A stretch of 64,000 bases of DNA from Escherichia coli (lineage in GTDB: Bacteria > Pseudomonadota > Gammaproteobacteria > Enterobacterales > Enterobacteriaceae), in assembly GCF_001677475.2 (NCBI RefSeq), contig NZ_CP015229.1; one strand, given 5' to 3'. The notes beneath the pieces are model-generated. The model searched no databases, was not told the origin of the DNA, and saw only the letters and a list, made by a program, of their open reading frames with translations. Each line of letters opens with the position of its first letter. Within the stretch, counting starts at the first letter, position 1. Positions 26,298-37,866 of this stretch are shown one piece after another. Position numbers and translations under genes: made by a program.

Positions 26298-28124
26298 ATG
26301 CATTATATGAAGTGGATTTATCCACGCCGCTTACGCAATCAAATGATCCTGATGGCAATCCTGATGGTCATTGTCCCAACGCTTACTATTGGTTATATCG
26401 TAGAAACGGAAGGACGTTCAGCAGTCTTATCTGAAAAAGAGAAAAAACTTTCTGCCGTGGTCAACCTGCTTAATCAGGCGCTAGGCAATCGCTACGATCT
26501 CTACATCGACTTACCGCGTGAGGAGCGTATCCGCGCATTAAATGCAGAACTTGCCCCCATTACCGAAAATATCACTCACGCCTTCCCTGGCATCGGCGCT
26601 GGTTATTACAACAAAACGCTGGATGCGATAATCACCTACGCGCCTTCAGCGCTATATCAGAATAATGTGGGCGTTACCATTGCCGCAGATCACCCTGGTC
26701 GCGAAGTCATGCGTACAAATACCCCTTTGGTTTATTCAGGCAGGCAGGTGCGCGGCGATATTTTGAATTCAATGATCCCCATTGAGCGTAATGGTGAAAT
26801 CCTCGGCTATATCTGGGCCAATGAATTAACCGAAGATATTCGCCGCCAGGCCTGGAAAATGGATGTGAGGATTATCATTGTGCTCACCGCCGGTTTGCTG
26901 ATAAGCCTGCTGTTGATTGTCCTTTTCTCCCGTCGCCTGAGCGCCAATATAGATATCATCACCGATGGCCTCTCGACTCTGGCACAAAATATTCCCACTC
27001 GATTACCACAATTGCCCGGTGAAATGGGGCAAATCAGTCAGAGTGTTAACAACCTCGCCCAGGCACTGCGTGAAACGCGGACACTTAACGATCTGATTAT
27101 TGAAAACGCTGCCGATGGCGTCATTGCCATCGACCGCCAGGGTGATGTAACCACCATGAACCCAGCAGCAGAAGTCATCACTGGCTATCAACGTCATGAA
27201 CTGGTAGGGCAGCCTTACTCCATGTTGTTCGACAATACTCAGTTCTATAGTCCAGTACTGGATACGCTGGAACATGGCACCGAACATGTGGCGCTGGAGA
27301 TCAGTTTTCCAGGCCGTGACCGCACCATTGAACTCAGTGTCACTACCAGTCGTATTCATAACACGCACGCTGAAATGATAGGTGCTTTGGTGATTTTCTC
27401 TGATTTAACTGCCCGCAAAGAAACCCAGCGCCGCATGGCGCAAGCAGAACGCCTCGCCACACTGGGTGAGCTGATGGCTGGCGTGGCGCATGAAGTCCGT
27501 AATCCGCTGACGGCTATTCGTGGTTATGTACAGATCTTGCGCCAACAAACCACTGACCCAATACATCAGGAATATCTGTCCGTAGTAATCAAAGAAATCG
27601 ACTCAATTAACAAAGTCATTCAGCAATTGCTCGATTTTTCACGTCCACGCCACAGTCAATGGCAACAAGTCAGCCTCAATGCATTGGTTGAAGAAACTCT
27701 GGTACTGGTACAAACCGCCGGCGTACAAGCGCGGGTCGACTTCATAAGCGAACTGGATAATGAATTAAGCCCGATTAACGCCGATCGTGAACTGCTCAAA
27801 CAGGTACTACTGAATATCCTGATCAATGCCGTCCAGGCTATCAGTGCACGAGGGAAAATTCGCATTCGAACCTGGCAGTACAGCGACTCACAACAGGCCA
27901 TTTCGATAGAGGACACCGGCTGTGGCATTGATCTCTCGCTGCAAAAAAAGATCTTCGATCCCTTTTTCACCACCAAAGCCTCAGGAACCGGGCTTGGTCT
28001 GGCGTTAAGTCAACGCATCATTAATGCCCATCAGGGTGATATTCGCGTCGCCAGTTTGCCGGGCTACGGCGCAACCTTCACGCTTATTTTACCGATCAAC
28101 CCACAGGGAAATCAGACTGTATGA
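26298..28124 (+). CDS. atoS: sensor histidine kinase AtoS
   Basis: Start at MHYMKWIYPRR; TM segments, PAS region, H-box (AHEVRNPLTAI) and G-boxes. Confidence 0.93.
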   Translation: MHYMKWIYPRRLRNQMILMAILMVIVPTLTIGYIVETEGRSAVLSEKEKKLSAVVNLLNQALGNRYDLYIDLPREERIRALNAELAPITENITHAFPGIGAGYYNKTLDAIITYAPSALYQNNVGVTIAADHPGREVMRTNTPLVYSGRQVRGDILNSMIPIERNGEILGYIWANELTEDIRRQAWKMDVRIIIVLTAGLLISLLLIVLFSRRLSANIDIITDGLSTLAQNIPTRLPQLPGEMGQISQSVNNLAQALRETRTLNDLIIENAADGVIAIDRQGDVTTMNPAAEVITGYQRHELVGQPYSMLFDNTQFYSPVLDTLEHGTEHVALEISFPGRDRTIELSVTTSRIHNTHAEMIGALVIFSDLTARKETQRRMAQAERLATLGELMAGVAHEVRNPLTAIRGYVQILRQQTTDPIHQEYLSVVIKEIDSINKVIQQLLDFSRPRHSQWQQVSLNALVEETLVLVQTAGVQARVDFISELDNELSPINADRELLKQVLLNILINAVQAISARGKIRIRTWQYSDSQQAISIEDTGCGIDLSLQKKIFDPFFTTKASGTGLGLALSQRIINAHQGDIRVASLPGYGATFTLILPINPQGNQTV

Positions 28125-29506
28125 CTGCTATTAATCGCATCCTTATTGTGGATGATGAAGATAATGTTCGCCGTATGCTGAGCACCGCTTTTGCACTACA
28201 AGGTTTCGAAACACATTGTGCGAACAACGGACGCACCGCATTACACCTGTTTGCTGATATTCACCCTGACGTGGTGTTGATGGATATCCGCATGCCAGAG
28301 TTGGACGGCATCAAGGCACTAAAGGAGATGCGCAGTCATGAGACCCGGACACCCGTTATTCTGATGACGGCCTATGCTGAAGTGGAAACCGCCGTCGAAG
28401 CACTACGCTGCGGAGCCTTCGACTATGTTATCAAACCGTTTGATCTCGATGAGTTGAATTTAATCGTTCAGCGCGCTTTACAACTCCAGTCAATGAAAAA
28501 AGAGATCCGTCATCTGCACCAGGCACTGAGCACCAGCTGGCAATGGGGGCACATTCTCACCAACAGCCCGGCGATGATGGACATCTGCAAAGACACCGCC
28601 AAAATTGCCCTTTCTCAGGCCAGCGTCTTGATTAGCGGTGAAAGCGGCACCGGGAAAGAGTTGATTGCCAGAGCGATTCACTACAATTCGCGGCGGGCAA
28701 AGGGGCCGTTCATTAAAGTCAACTGCGCGGCGCTGCCGGAATCGTTGCTCGAAAGTGAACTGTTTGGTCATGAAAAAGGTGCATTTACTGGTGCACAAAC
28801 CTTGCGTCAGGGATTATTTGAACGTGCCAACGAAGGTACTCTGCTCCTCGACGAAATTGGCGAAATGCCGCTGGTACTGCAAGCCAAATTACTACGCATT
28901 CTGCAGGAACGGGAATTTGAACGGATTGGCGGCCATCAGACCATAAAAGTTGATATCCGCATCATTGCTGCCACCAACCGTGACTTGCAGGCAATGGTAA
29001 AAGAAGGCACCTTCCGTGAAGATCTCTTTTATCGCCTTAACGTTATTCATTTAATACTGCCGCCTCTGCGCGATCGCCGGGAAGATATTTCCCTGTTAGC
29101 TAATCACTTTTTGCAAAAATTCAGTAGTGAGAATCAGCGCGATATTATCGACATCGATCCGATGGCAATGTCACTGCTTACCGCCTGGTCATGGCCGGGA
29201 AATATTCGAGAGCTTTCCAACGTCATTGAACGCGCCGTCGTAATGAACTCAGGTCCGATCATTTTTTCTGAGGATCTTCCGCCACAGATTCGTCAGCCAG
29301 TCTGTAATGCTGGTGAGGCAAAAACAGCCCCTGTCGGTGAGCGTAATTTAAAAGAGGAAATTAAACGCGTCGAAAAACGCATCATTATGGAAGTGCTGGA
29401 ACAACAGGACGGAAACCGAACCCGCACCGCTTTGATGCTGGGCATCAGTCGCCGTGCATTGATGTATAAACTCCAGGAATACGGTATCGATCCGGCGGAT
29501 GTATAA
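28121..29506 (+). CDS. atoC: sigma-54-dependent response regulator AtoC
   Basis: Receiver domain, AAA+ sigma54-interaction domain (GESGTGKE, GAFTGA) and C-terminal HTH; 4 nt overlap with atoS. Confidence 0.95.
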   Translation: MTAINRILIVDDEDNVRRMLSTAFALQGFETHCANNGRTALHLFADIHPDVVLMDIRMPELDGIKALKEMRSHETRTPVILMTAYAEVETAVEALRCGAFDYVIKPFDLDELNLIVQRALQLQSMKKEIRHLHQALSTSWQWGHILTNSPAMMDICKDTAKIALSQASVLISGESGTGKELIARAIHYNSRRAKGPFIKVNCAALPESLLESELFGHEKGAFTGAQTLRQGLFERANEGTLLLDEIGEMPLVLQAKLLRILQEREFERIGGHQTIKVDIRIIAATNRDLQAMVKEGTFREDLFYRLNVIHLILPPLRDRREDISLLANHFLQKFSSENQRDIIDIDPMAMSLLTAWSWPGNIRELSNVIERAVVMNSGPIIFSEDLPPQIRQPVCNAGEAKTAPVGERNLKEEIKRVEKRIIMEVLEQQDGNRTRTALMLGISRRALMYKLQEYGIDPADV

Positions 29507-29517
29507 CACCAAAACTT

Positions 29518-29558
29518 GCTATGCAGAAATTTGCACAGTGCGCAATTTTCTGCATAGC
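29518..29558. promoter_or_regulatory. AtoC binding palindrome (two roughly 20 bp inverted repeats)
   Basis: gctatgcagaaatttgcaca / gtgcgcaattttctgcatagc near-perfect inverted repeat upstream of atoD. Confidence 0.8.
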
Positions 29559-29639
29559 CAATCATCCTCCTTCTTAATCCACACCTTATTTATTCTTTTA
29601 TATTCAATCAGTTAAAAACAACATCAAATATTCTCATTC

Positions 29640-29655
29640 TGGCACTCCCCTTGCT
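29640..29655 (+). promoter_or_regulatory. sigma-54 (-24/-12) promoter of atoDAEB
   Basis: TGGCAC-tcccc-TTGCT matches TGGCAC-N5-TTGCW, about 45 nt upstream of atoD start. Confidence 0.8.
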
Positions 29656-29700
29656 ATTCCCTGACTGTACCCACAACGGTGTATGCAAGAGGGATAAATA

Positions 29701-30363
29701 ATGAAAACAAAATTGATGACATTACAAGACGCCTCCGGCTTCTTTCGTGACGGCATGACCATCATGGTGGGCGGATTTATGGGGATTGGCACTCCATCCC
29801 GCCTGGTTGAAGCATTACTGGAATCTGGTGTTCGCGACCTGACATTGATAGCCAATGATACCGCGTTTGTTGATACCGGCATCGGCCCGCTCATCGTCAA
29901 TGGTCGAGTCCGCAAAGTAATTGCGTCACATATCGGCACCAACCCGGAAACAGGTCGGCGCATGATATCTGGTGAGATGGACGTCGTTCTGGTGCCGCAA
30001 GGTACGCTAATCGAGCAAATTCGCTGTGGTGGAGCTGGACTTGGTGGTTTTCTCACCCCAACCGGTGTCGGCACCGTCGTAGAGGAAGGCAAACAGACGC
30101 TGACACTCGACGGCAAAACCTGGCTGCTTGAACGCCCACTGCGCGCCGACCTGGCGCTCATTCGCGCTCATCGTTGCGACACACTTGGCAACCTGACCTA
30201 TCAACTTAGCGCCCGCAACTTTAACCCCCTGATTGCCCTTGCGGCTGATATCACGCTGGTGGAGCCAGATGAACTGGTCGAAGTCGGCGAGCTGCAACCT
30301 GACCATATTGTCACCCCTGGTGCCGTTATCGACCACATCATCGTTTCACAGGAGAGCAAATAA
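29701..30363 (+). CDS. atoD: acetate CoA-transferase alpha subunit
   Basis: 220 aa ORF; CoA-transferase family; operon order. Confidence 0.93.
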   Translation: MKTKLMTLQDASGFFRDGMTIMVGGFMGIGTPSRLVEALLESGVRDLTLIANDTAFVDTGIGPLIVNGRVRKVIASHIGTNPETGRRMISGEMDVVLVPQGTLIEQIRCGGAGLGGFLTPTGVGTVVEEGKQTLTLDGKTWLLERPLRADLALIRAHRCDTLGNLTYQLSARNFNPLIALAADITLVEPDELVEVGELQPDHIVTPGAVIDHIIVSQESK

Positions 30364-31013
30364 TGGATGCGAAACAACGTATTGCACGCCGTGTGGCACA
30401 AGAGCTTCGTGATGGTGACATCGTGAATCTGGGCATTGGTCTGCCGACGATGGTCGCCAACTATTTGCCAGAAGGCATTCATATCACTCTGCAATCGGAA
30501 AACGGCTTCCTCGGTTTAGGCCCGGTCACGACAGCGCATCCAGATCTGGTTAACGCAGGCGGACAACCATGCGGCGTTTTACCCGGCGCAGCCATGTTTG
30601 ACAGCGCCATGTCATTTGCGCTGATCCGTGGCGGTCATATTGATGCCTGCGTGCTCGGTGGTTTGCAGGTAGACGAAGAAGCCAACCTCGCGAACTGGGT
30701 AGTGCCTGGAAAAATGGTGCCCGGTATGGGTGGCGCGATGGATCTGGTGACCGGGGCGCGCAAAGTGATCATTGCCATGGAACATTGCGCCAAAGATGGT
30801 TCACCGAAAATTTTGCGCCGCTGCACCATGCCGCTCACTGCGCAACACGCGGTGCATATGCTGGTCACTGAACTGGCTGTCTTTCGTTTCATTGACGGCA
30901 AAATGTGGCTCACCGAAATTGCCGACGGGTGTGATTTAGCCACCGTGCGTGCCAAAACCGAAGCTCAGTTTGAAGTAGCCGCCGATCTGAATACGCAACG
31001 GGGTGATTTATGA
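30363..31013 (+). CDS. atoA: acetate CoA-transferase beta subunit
   Basis: 216 aa ORF abutting atoD. Confidence 0.93.
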   Translation: MDAKQRIARRVAQELRDGDIVNLGIGLPTMVANYLPEGIHITLQSENGFLGLGPVTTAHPDLVNAGGQPCGVLPGAAMFDSAMSFALIRGGHIDACVLGGLQVDEEANLANWVVPGKMVPGMGGAMDLVTGARKVIIAMEHCAKDGSPKILRRCTMPLTAQHAVHMLVTELAVFRFIDGKMWLTEIADGCDLATVRAKTEAQFEVAADLNTQRGDL

Positions 31014-32332
31014 TTGGTCGCATCTCGCGTTTTATGACGCGCTTTGTCAGCCGGTGGCTTCCCGATCCTCTGATCTTTGCCATGTTGCTGACGTTGCTAA
31101 CGTTCGTGATCGCGCTTTGGTTAACACCACAAACGCCGATCAGCATGGTGAAAATGTGGGGTGACGGTTTCTGGAACTTGCTGGCGTTCGGTATGCAGAT
31201 GGCGCTGATCATCGTTACCGGTCATGCCCTTGCCAGCTCTGCTCCGGTGAAAAGCTTGCTGCGGACTGCCGCCTCCGCCGCAAAGACGCCCGTACAGGGC
31301 GTCATGCTGGTCACTTTCTTCGGTTCAGTCGCTTGTGTCATCAACTGGGGATTTGGTCTAGTTGTCGGCGCAATGTTCGCCCGTGAAGTCGCCCGGCGAG
31401 TACCTGGCTCTGATTATCCGTTGCTCATTGCCTGCGCCTACATTGGTTTTCTCACCTGGGGTGGCGGCTTCTCTGGCTCAATGCCTCTGTTGGCTGCAAC
31501 ACCGGGCAACCCGGTTGAGCATATCGCCGGGCTTATCCCGGTGGGCGATACTCTGTTCAGTGGTTTTAACATTTTCATCACTGTGGCATTGATTGTGGTG
31601 ATGCCATTTATCACCCGCATGATGATGCCAAAACCGTCTGACGTGGTGAGTATCGATCCGAAACTACTCATGGAAGAGGCTGATTTTCAGAAGCAGCTAC
31701 CGAAAGATGCTCCACCGTCCGAGCGACTGGAAGAAAGCCGCATTCTGACGTTGATCATCGGCGCACTCGGTATCGCTTACCTGGCAATGTACTTCAGCGA
31801 ACATGGCTTCAACATCACCATCAATACCGTCAACCTGATGTTTATGATTGCGGGTCTGCTGCTACATAAAACGCCAATGGCTTATATGCGAGCTATCAGC
31901 GCGGCAGCACGCAGTACCGCCGGTATTCTGGTGCAATTCCCCTTCTACGCCGGGATCCAACTGATGATGGAGCACTCCGGTCTGGGCGGACTCATTACCG
32001 AATTCTTTATCAATGTTGCGAACAAAGACACCTTCCCGGTAATGACCTTCTTTAGTTCTGCACTGATTAACTTCGCCGTTCCGTCTGGTGGCGGTCACTG
32101 GGTTATTCAGGGACCTTTCGTGATACCCGCAGCCCAGGCGCTGGGCGCTGATCTCGGTAAATCGGTAATGGCGATCGCCTACGGCGAGCAATGGATGAAC
32201 ATGGCACAACCGTTCTGGGCGCTGCCAGCACTGGCAATCGCCGGGCTCGGTGTCCGCGACATCATGGGCTATTGCATCACTGCCCTGCTCTTCTCTGGCG
32301 TCATTTTCGTCATTGGTTTAACGCTGTTCTGA
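31010..32332 (+). CDS. atoE: short-chain fatty acid transporter
   Basis: 440 aa polytopic membrane ORF. Confidence 0.92.
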   Translation: MIGRISRFMTRFVSRWLPDPLIFAMLLTLLTFVIALWLTPQTPISMVKMWGDGFWNLLAFGMQMALIIVTGHALASSAPVKSLLRTAASAAKTPVQGVMLVTFFGSVACVINWGFGLVVGAMFAREVARRVPGSDYPLLIACAYIGFLTWGGGFSGSMPLLAATPGNPVEHIAGLIPVGDTLFSGFNIFITVALIVVMPFITRMMMPKPSDVVSIDPKLLMEEADFQKQLPKDAPPSERLEESRILTLIIGALGIAYLAMYFSEHGFNITINTVNLMFMIAGLLLHKTPMAYMRAISAAARSTAGILVQFPFYAGIQLMMEHSGLGGLITEFFINVANKDTFPVMTFFSSALINFAVPSGGGHWVIQGPFVIPAAQALGADLGKSVMAIAYGEQWMNMAQPFWALPALAIAGLGVRDIMGYCITALLFSGVIFVIGLTLF

Positions 32333-32362
32333 CGGCAACTCTACAGACAGAAGGAATATAAA

Positions 32363-33547
32363 ATGAAAAATTGTGTCATCGTCAGTGCGGTACGTACTGC
32401 CATCGGTAGTTTTAATGGTTCACTCGCCTCCACCAGCGCCATCGATCTGGGGGCAACAGTAATTCAGGCCGCCATTGAACGCGCAAAACTCGATTCACAA
32501 CACGTCGATGAAGTGATTATGGGTAACGTATTGCAGGCCGGGCTGGGGCAAAATCCGGCTCGTCAGGCACTGCTAAAAAGCGGACTGGCAGAAACGGTGT
32601 GCGGATTTACGGTCAACAAAGTATGTGGTTCTGGTCTGAAAAGCGTGGCGCTTGCCGCCCAGGCAATTCAGGCCGGTCAGGCACAGAGCATCGTAGCGGG
32701 TGGAATGGAGAACATGAGTTTAGCGCCCTATTTACTCGATGCAAAAGCACGCTCTGGTTATCGTCTTGGAGACGGACAGGTTTATGACGTGATCCTGCGC
32801 GATGGCCTGATGTGCGCCACTCACGGTTATCATATGGGTATTACCGCCGAGAACGTTGCCAAAGAGTACGGAATTACCCGTGAAATGCAGGATGAACTGG
32901 CGCTACATTCACAGCGTAAAGCGGCAGCAGCCATTGAGTCCGGTGCTTTTACCGTCGAAATTGTCCCGGTAAATGTTGTCACACGGAAGAAAAACATCGT
33001 CTTCGATCGCGATGAATTCCCGAAAGTAGATTCTACTGCAGAAGCTCTTGCTGCATTGCGCCCGGCCTTCGACAAAGCCGGAACGGTCACCGCCGGGAAC
33101 GCGTCTGGCATTAACGATGGGGCTGCCGCACTGGTGATTATGGAAGAATCTGCGGCGCTGGCGGCAGGCCTAAAACCACTGGCACGCATTAAAAGCTATG
33201 CCAGCGGTGGCGTGCTCCCTGCATTGATGGGTATGGGGCCAGTACCTGCCACGCAAAAAGCGTTACAACTGGCGGGGCTGCAACTGGCAGACATTGATCT
33301 CATCGAAGCCAATGAAGCATTTGCCGCGCAGTTCCTTGCCGTTGGGAAAACCCTGGGCTTTGATCCTGAGAAAGTGAATGTCAACGGCGGAGCCATCGCG
33401 CTGGGGCATCCTATCGGCGCCAGCGGTGCACGTATTCTGGTCACACTATTACATGCAATGCAGGCTCGCGATAAAACGCTGGGTCTGGCGACGCTGTGCA
33501 TTGGCGGCGGTCAGGGAATTGCGATGGTGATTGAACGATTGAATTAA
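32363..33547 (+). CDS. atoB: acetyl-CoA acetyltransferase (thiolase II)
   Basis: 394 aa thiolase with active-site Cys in [10 protein letters not shown] and C-terminal CIGGGQG. Confidence 0.95.
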   Translation: MKNCVIVSAVRTAIGSFNGSLASTSAIDLGATVIQAAIERAKLDSQHVDEVIMGNVLQAGLGQNPARQALLKSGLAETVCGFTVNKVCGSGLKSVALAAQAIQAGQAQSIVAGGMENMSLAPYLLDAKARSGYRLGDGQVYDVILRDGLMCATHGYHMGITAENVAKEYGITREMQDELALHSQRKAAAAIESGAFTVEIVPVNVVTRKKNIVFDRDEFPKVDSTAEALAALRPAFDKAGTVTAGNASGINDGAAALVIMEESAALAAGLKPLARIKSYASGGVLPALMGMGPVPATQKALQLAGLQLADIDLIEANEAFAAQFLAVGKTLGFDPEKVNVNGGAIALGHPIGASGARILVTLLHAMQARDKTLGLATLCIGGGQGIAMVIERLN

Positions 33548-33557
33548 CCAACAAAAA

Positions 33558-33590
33558 CGCCCGATAGCGAAAGTCATCGGGCGTTTTCTT
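33558..33590 (+). terminator. rho-independent terminator after atoB
   Basis: Stem cgcccgat / atcgggcg with loop, followed by ttttctt. Confidence 0.8.
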
Positions 33591-33620
33591 AAACATCGAC
33601 AGTGAAAGTAACCTCATTAA

Positions 33621-34157
33621 TTACCAGTCAAAACTTTTCACCAGCGTCAGCTCGCCAGCATTACGCATCGGTACAATAAATGTTTCCTGTTTCTCATTGA
33701 CCGATCCTTCATCGGTGATCAGCGTCAGTTGGGCAGTGGTTAATTCCGTTTCGCTGCGTCCGCCATAGTAGTTGATATACACCTGATAGCGCCCGTGAAC
33801 TGGCGCTGGCATGGCGAAAATCTCGGGGCCGTACCCCGTCGTGACATCCATATCCAGTGCGCCACTGTTTTTCAGCACCGTGTTACCGTACCAGGCGTGT
33901 TCGCCATCAGGCGTGACAACATGGAGATCGAGATCGGTATTGTCCGTATCCCACGAGAGAACCAGCCGTAAACGTGCACGAATCGTTCCTGTACCCGGCG
34001 TTGAGTAAAACTGCATTTTTTGTCGGCTTTGCCCATCCGGGCTGATGACCTGCACGCTGTTGCTGCCTTCAATGCCCTGACGCCAGCGGAAAGTAGGGCT
34101 ATTGCACCAAAACCTACAAGGCCATAAAACCGCCAGCCTTTCGCCTTTTTTAACCAC
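33621..34157 (-). pseudogene. probable 5'-truncated remnant of yfaP (DUF2135-family); rest of the yfaA-yfaP locus absent
   Basis: 178 aa ORF whose stop abuts the atoB terminator in the orientation expected for yfaP; no signal peptide or credible start context; the 675 bp space between the atoB and gyrA terminators is too short for a full-length gene of this family. Confidence 0.45.
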
Positions 34158-34266
34158 TCATTGCCACATTCCTTGTGTAAAGCCAGCCATTTTTTATGGG
34201 CGATGCACAACTTTATCGCGTCCTAATACGACAAAAGCCCAGACTTTGCAGCCTGGACTTTTCAAT

Positions 34267-34290
34267 TCAAAAAAGGGAGATGGCTCCCTT
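34267..34290 (-). terminator. rho-independent terminator of gyrA
   Basis: Hairpin gggagccatctccc followed by U6 on minus strand, about 20 nt past the gyrA stop. Confidence 0.8.
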
Positions 34291-34309
34291 TTGACATGAA
34301 TAAATAAAA

Positions 34310-36937
34310 TTATTCTTCTTCTGGCTCGTCGTCAACGTCCACTTCCGGAGCGATTTCATCGTCCCCTTCCGCAGCACTGCCGTCGATGGTATCCAGATCT
34401 TCCTCGTCAACCGGTTCAGCAACACGTTGCAGACCCACTACGTTTTCATCTTCCGCAGTACGGATGAGGATCACGCCCTGGGTGTTACGGCCCACGATGC
34501 TGATTTCTGAAACGCGAGTACGTACCAGCGTACCGGCATCGGTGATCATCATGATCTGGTCGCAATCATCTACCTGCACCGCGCCAACCACTAAACCGTT
34601 ACGTTCGGTGACCTTGATGGAGATAACCCCTTTCGTCGCACGTGACTTGGTTGGGTATTCCGCCACTGCGGTACGTTTACCATAACCGTTCTGCGTTGCG
34701 GTGAGGATTGCGCCATCGCCACGAGGCACGATCAGAGAGACGACTTTATCGCCTTCGCCTAAGCGAATACCGCGCACACCTGTGGTATTGCAGCCCATCG
34801 CACGGACAGAAGACTCTTTAAAGCGCACCACTTTACCTTCGGCGGAGAACAGCATTACTTCGTCTTCGCCACTGGTCAGGTCAACGCCGATCAGCTCATC
34901 GCCTTCAACCAGCTTGATCGCCACTTTACCGGCGGTACGCAGACGGTTGAATTCGGTGAGGACGGTTTTCTTCACAGTACCGTTAGCCGTCGCCATGAAG
35001 ACTTTCACGCCTTCTTCAAACTCGGTCACTGGCAGGATCGCGGTGATACGTTCGTCCTGCTCCAGGGGCAGCAGGTTGACGATCGGACGACCACGTGCAC
35101 CACGAGAGGCTTCCGGCAACTGATAGACTTTCATCGAATAGACACGGCCACGGCTGGAGAAGCACAGGATATGGTCGTGGGTGTTCGCCACCAGCAGTCG
35201 GTCGATAAAGTCTTCTTCTTTAATACGTGCGGCAGATTTACCTTTCCCGCCACGACGCTGCGCTTCGTATTCCGAAAGCGGCTGGTACTTCACGTAGCCC
35301 TGGTGAGAGAGCGTCACGACCACATCTTCCTGAGTGATCAGATCTTCCAGGTTGATGTCTGCGCTGTTGGCAGTGATTTCAGTACGACGTTTGTCGCCGA
35401 ACTGTTCACGAACCAGTTCCAGCTCTTCGCGGATCACTTCCATCAGACGATCGGCGCTACCCAGAATACGCAGCAGTTCCGCGATCTGATCCAGCAGCTC
35501 TTTGTATTCATCGAGCAGTTTTTCGTGCTCAAGGCCGGTCAGTTTCTGCAAACGCAGATCCAGAATTGCCTGAGCTTGCTGTTCGGTCAGGTAGTACAGA
35601 CCGTCACGCACGCCGAACTCTGGCTCCAGCCATTCCGGACGCGCAGCATCGTCACCCGCACGCTCCAGCATCGCGGCAACGTTGCCCAGCTGCCACGGAT
35701 TAGCAACCAGCGCGGTTTTCGCTTCTGCAGGCGTCGGCGCATGACGGATCAGTTCAATGATCGGGTCGATGTTCGCCAGTGCTACGGCTAATGCTTCAAG
35801 GATATGAGCACGATCGCGGGCTTTACGCAGTTCGAAAATGGTACGACGGGTCACCACTTCGCGACGGTGACGGACAAACGCAGCGATAATGTCTTTCAGG
35901 TTCATGATCTTCGGCTGACCATGGTGCAATGCCACCATGTTGATACCGAAAGAAACCTGCAACTGGGTCTGGGAGTAGAGGTTGTTGAGCACCACTTCAC
36001 CGACCGCATCGCGTTTAACTTCAATCACGATGCGCATACCGTCTTTGTCAGACTCGTCACGCAGCGCGCTGATGCCTTCCACGCGTTTTTCTTTTACCAG
36101 TTCCGCAATCTTCTCGATCAGGCGCGCTTTGTTCACCTGATACGGAATTTCGTGGACGATAATGGTTTCACGCCCGGTTTTGGCGTCAACCTCCACTTCA
36201 GCACGGGCGCGGATATATACCTTGCCGCGACCGGTACGGTAAGCTTCTTCAATACCGCGACGACCGTTAATGATTGCCGCCGTCGGGAAGTCCGGCCCCG
36301 GGATGTGTTCCATCAGCCCTTCAATGCTGATGTCTTCATCATCGATATACGCCAGACAACCGTTGATGACTTCCGTCAGGTTGTGCGGCGGGATGTTGGT
36401 TGCCATACCTACGGCGATACCGGAAGAACCGTTCACCAGCAGGTTAGGAATTTTGGTTGGCATGACGTCGGGAATTTTTTCCGTGCCGTCATAGTTATCA
36501 ACGAAATCGACCGTCTCTTTTTCGAGATCGGCCATCAGTTCATGGGCAATTTTCGCCAGACGGATTTCCGTATAACGCATTGCCGCCGCAGAGTCGCCGT
36601 CGATGGAACCGAAGTTACCCTGACCGTCTACCAGCATGTAACGCAGCGAGAATGGCTGCGCCATACGGACGATCGTGTCATAAACCGCCGAGTCACCATG
36701 GGGATGGTATTTACCGATTACGTCACCAACGACACGGGCAGATTTTTTATAGGCTTTGTTCCAGTCATTGCCTAGTACGTTCATGGCGTAAAGTACGCGA
36801 CGGTGTACCGGCTTCAGGCCATCTCGGACATCTGGCAGCGCACGGCCAACAATGACCGACATCGCATAATCCAGATAGGAGCTCTTCAGCTCTTCCTCAA
36901 TGTTGACCGGTGTAATTTCTCTCGCAAGGTCGCTCAT
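34310..36937 (-). CDS. gyrA: DNA gyrase subunit A
   Basis: 875 aa ORF with [48 protein letters not shown]-terminus, QRDR region ([10 protein letters not shown]) and acidic C-terminal tail. Confidence 0.97.
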   Translation of the reverse strand: MSDLAREITPVNIEEELKSSYLDYAMSVIVGRALPDVRDGLKPVHRRVLYAMNVLGNDWNKAYKKSARVVGDVIGKYHPHGDSAVYDTIVRMAQPFSLRYMLVDGQGNFGSIDGDSAAAMRYTEIRLAKIAHELMADLEKETVDFVDNYDGTEKIPDVMPTKIPNLLVNGSSGIAVGMATNIPPHNLTEVINGCLAYIDDEDISIEGLMEHIPGPDFPTAAIINGRRGIEEAYRTGRGKVYIRARAEVEVDAKTGRETIIVHEIPYQVNKARLIEKIAELVKEKRVEGISALRDESDKDGMRIVIEVKRDAVGEVVLNNLYSQTQLQVSFGINMVALHHGQPKIMNLKDIIAAFVRHRREVVTRRTIFELRKARDRAHILEALAVALANIDPIIELIRHAPTPAEAKTALVANPWQLGNVAAMLERAGDDAARPEWLEPEFGVRDGLYYLTEQQAQAILDLRLQKLTGLEHEKLLDEYKELLDQIAELLRILGSADRLMEVIREELELVREQFGDKRRTEITANSADINLEDLITQEDVVVTLSHQGYVKYQPLSEYEAQRRGGKGKSAARIKEEDFIDRLLVANTHDHILCFSSRGRVYSMKVYQLPEASRGARGRPIVNLLPLEQDERITAILPVTEFEEGVKVFMATANGTVKKTVLTEFNRLRTAGKVAIKLVEGDELIGVDLTSGEDEVMLFSAEGKVVRFKESSVRAMGCNTTGVRGIRLGEGDKVVSLIVPRGDGAILTATQNGYGKRTAVAEYPTKSRATKGVISIKVTERNGLVVGAVQVDDCDQIMMITDAGTLVRTRVSEISIVGRNTQGVILIRTAEDENVVGLQRVAEPVDEEDLDTIDGSAAEGDDEIAPEVDVDDEPEEE

Positions 36938-37083
36938 CTAACCGCTATCCCTCTACTGTATCCCGGATTCAAAGGTCGCAAATTATAACACAGCCGCGCA
37001 GATTGAGGTAAACCTATACGCTTTATTCACATCCAATGCCTGATATACTCGTTTGTCTTGCCAATTACGGAGTAGAAGTGCCA

Positions 37084-37806
37084 ATGAATGCCGAAAAATC
37101 GCCGGTAAACCATAACGTAGACCACGAAGAGATCGCTAAATTTGAAGCCGTCGCCTCCCGCTGGTGGGATCTTGAAGGTGAGTTCAAACCGCTGCACCGC
37201 ATTAACCCGCTGCGTCTGGGCTATATTGCCGAGCGTGCTGGCGGTTTATTTGGCAAAAAGGTGCTCGATGTCGGTTGTGGCGGCGGCATTCTGGCCGAGA
37301 GTATGGCGCGCGAAGGCGCGACGGTGACCGGTCTGGATATGGGCTTTGAGCCATTGCAGGTGGCGAAACTGCACGCACTGGAAAGCGGCATTCAGGTAGA
37401 TTACGTGCAGGAAACCGTGGAAGAGCACGCGGTAAAACATGCCGGGCAATATGATGTGGTGACCTGCATGGAGATGCTGGAGCACGTCCCCGATCCGCAG
37501 TCAGTGGTCAGAGCCTGTGCACAACTGGTGAAACCGGGCGGCGATGTCTTTTTCTCGACGCTTAACCGCAACGGCAAGTCATGGCTGATGGCGGTGGTTG
37601 GTGCGGAATATATTTTGCGCATGGTGCCTAAAGGCACGCATGATGTGAAGAAGTTTATTAAACCGGCAGAGCTGCTTGGCTGGGTAGATCAGACAAGCCT
37701 TAAAGAGCGACATATAACCGGGCTACATTACAACCCGATCACTAATTCCTTTAAGCTTGGCCCCGGCGTGGATGTGAACTATATGCTGCACACGCAGAAT
37801 AAATAA
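37084..37806 (+). CDS. ubiG: ubiquinone biosynthesis O-methyltransferase UbiG
   Basis: Start at [16 protein letters not shown]-binding motif LDVGCGGG. Confidence 0.93.
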   Translation: MNAEKSPVNHNVDHEEIAKFEAVASRWWDLEGEFKPLHRINPLRLGYIAERAGGLFGKKVLDVGCGGGILAESMAREGATVTGLDMGFEPLQVAKLHALESGIQVDYVQETVEEHAVKHAGQYDVVTCMEMLEHVPDPQSVVRACAQLVKPGGDVFFSTLNRNGKSWLMAVVGAEYILRMVPKGTHDVKKFIKPAELLGWVDQTSLKERHITGLHYNPITNSFKLGPGVDVNYMLHTQNK

Positions 37807-37812
37807 AATTGT

Positions 37813-37862
37813 TTGCCGGATAAGGTGCTCGCACCACATCCGGCTACAATGCCGGACGCAAA
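37813..37862. repeat. REP palindromic element between ubiG and yfaL
   Basis: gccggataaggtgctcgcaccacatccggc palindrome. Confidence 0.7.
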
Positions 37863-37866
37863 GCAG

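Noticed and set aside
35804-36775. 323 aa ORF on the plus strand (and the adjacent 206 aa ORF at 35171-35791)
   Set aside because: Antisense to gyrA; His/Arg/Val-rich low-complexity translation typical of a shadow frame.
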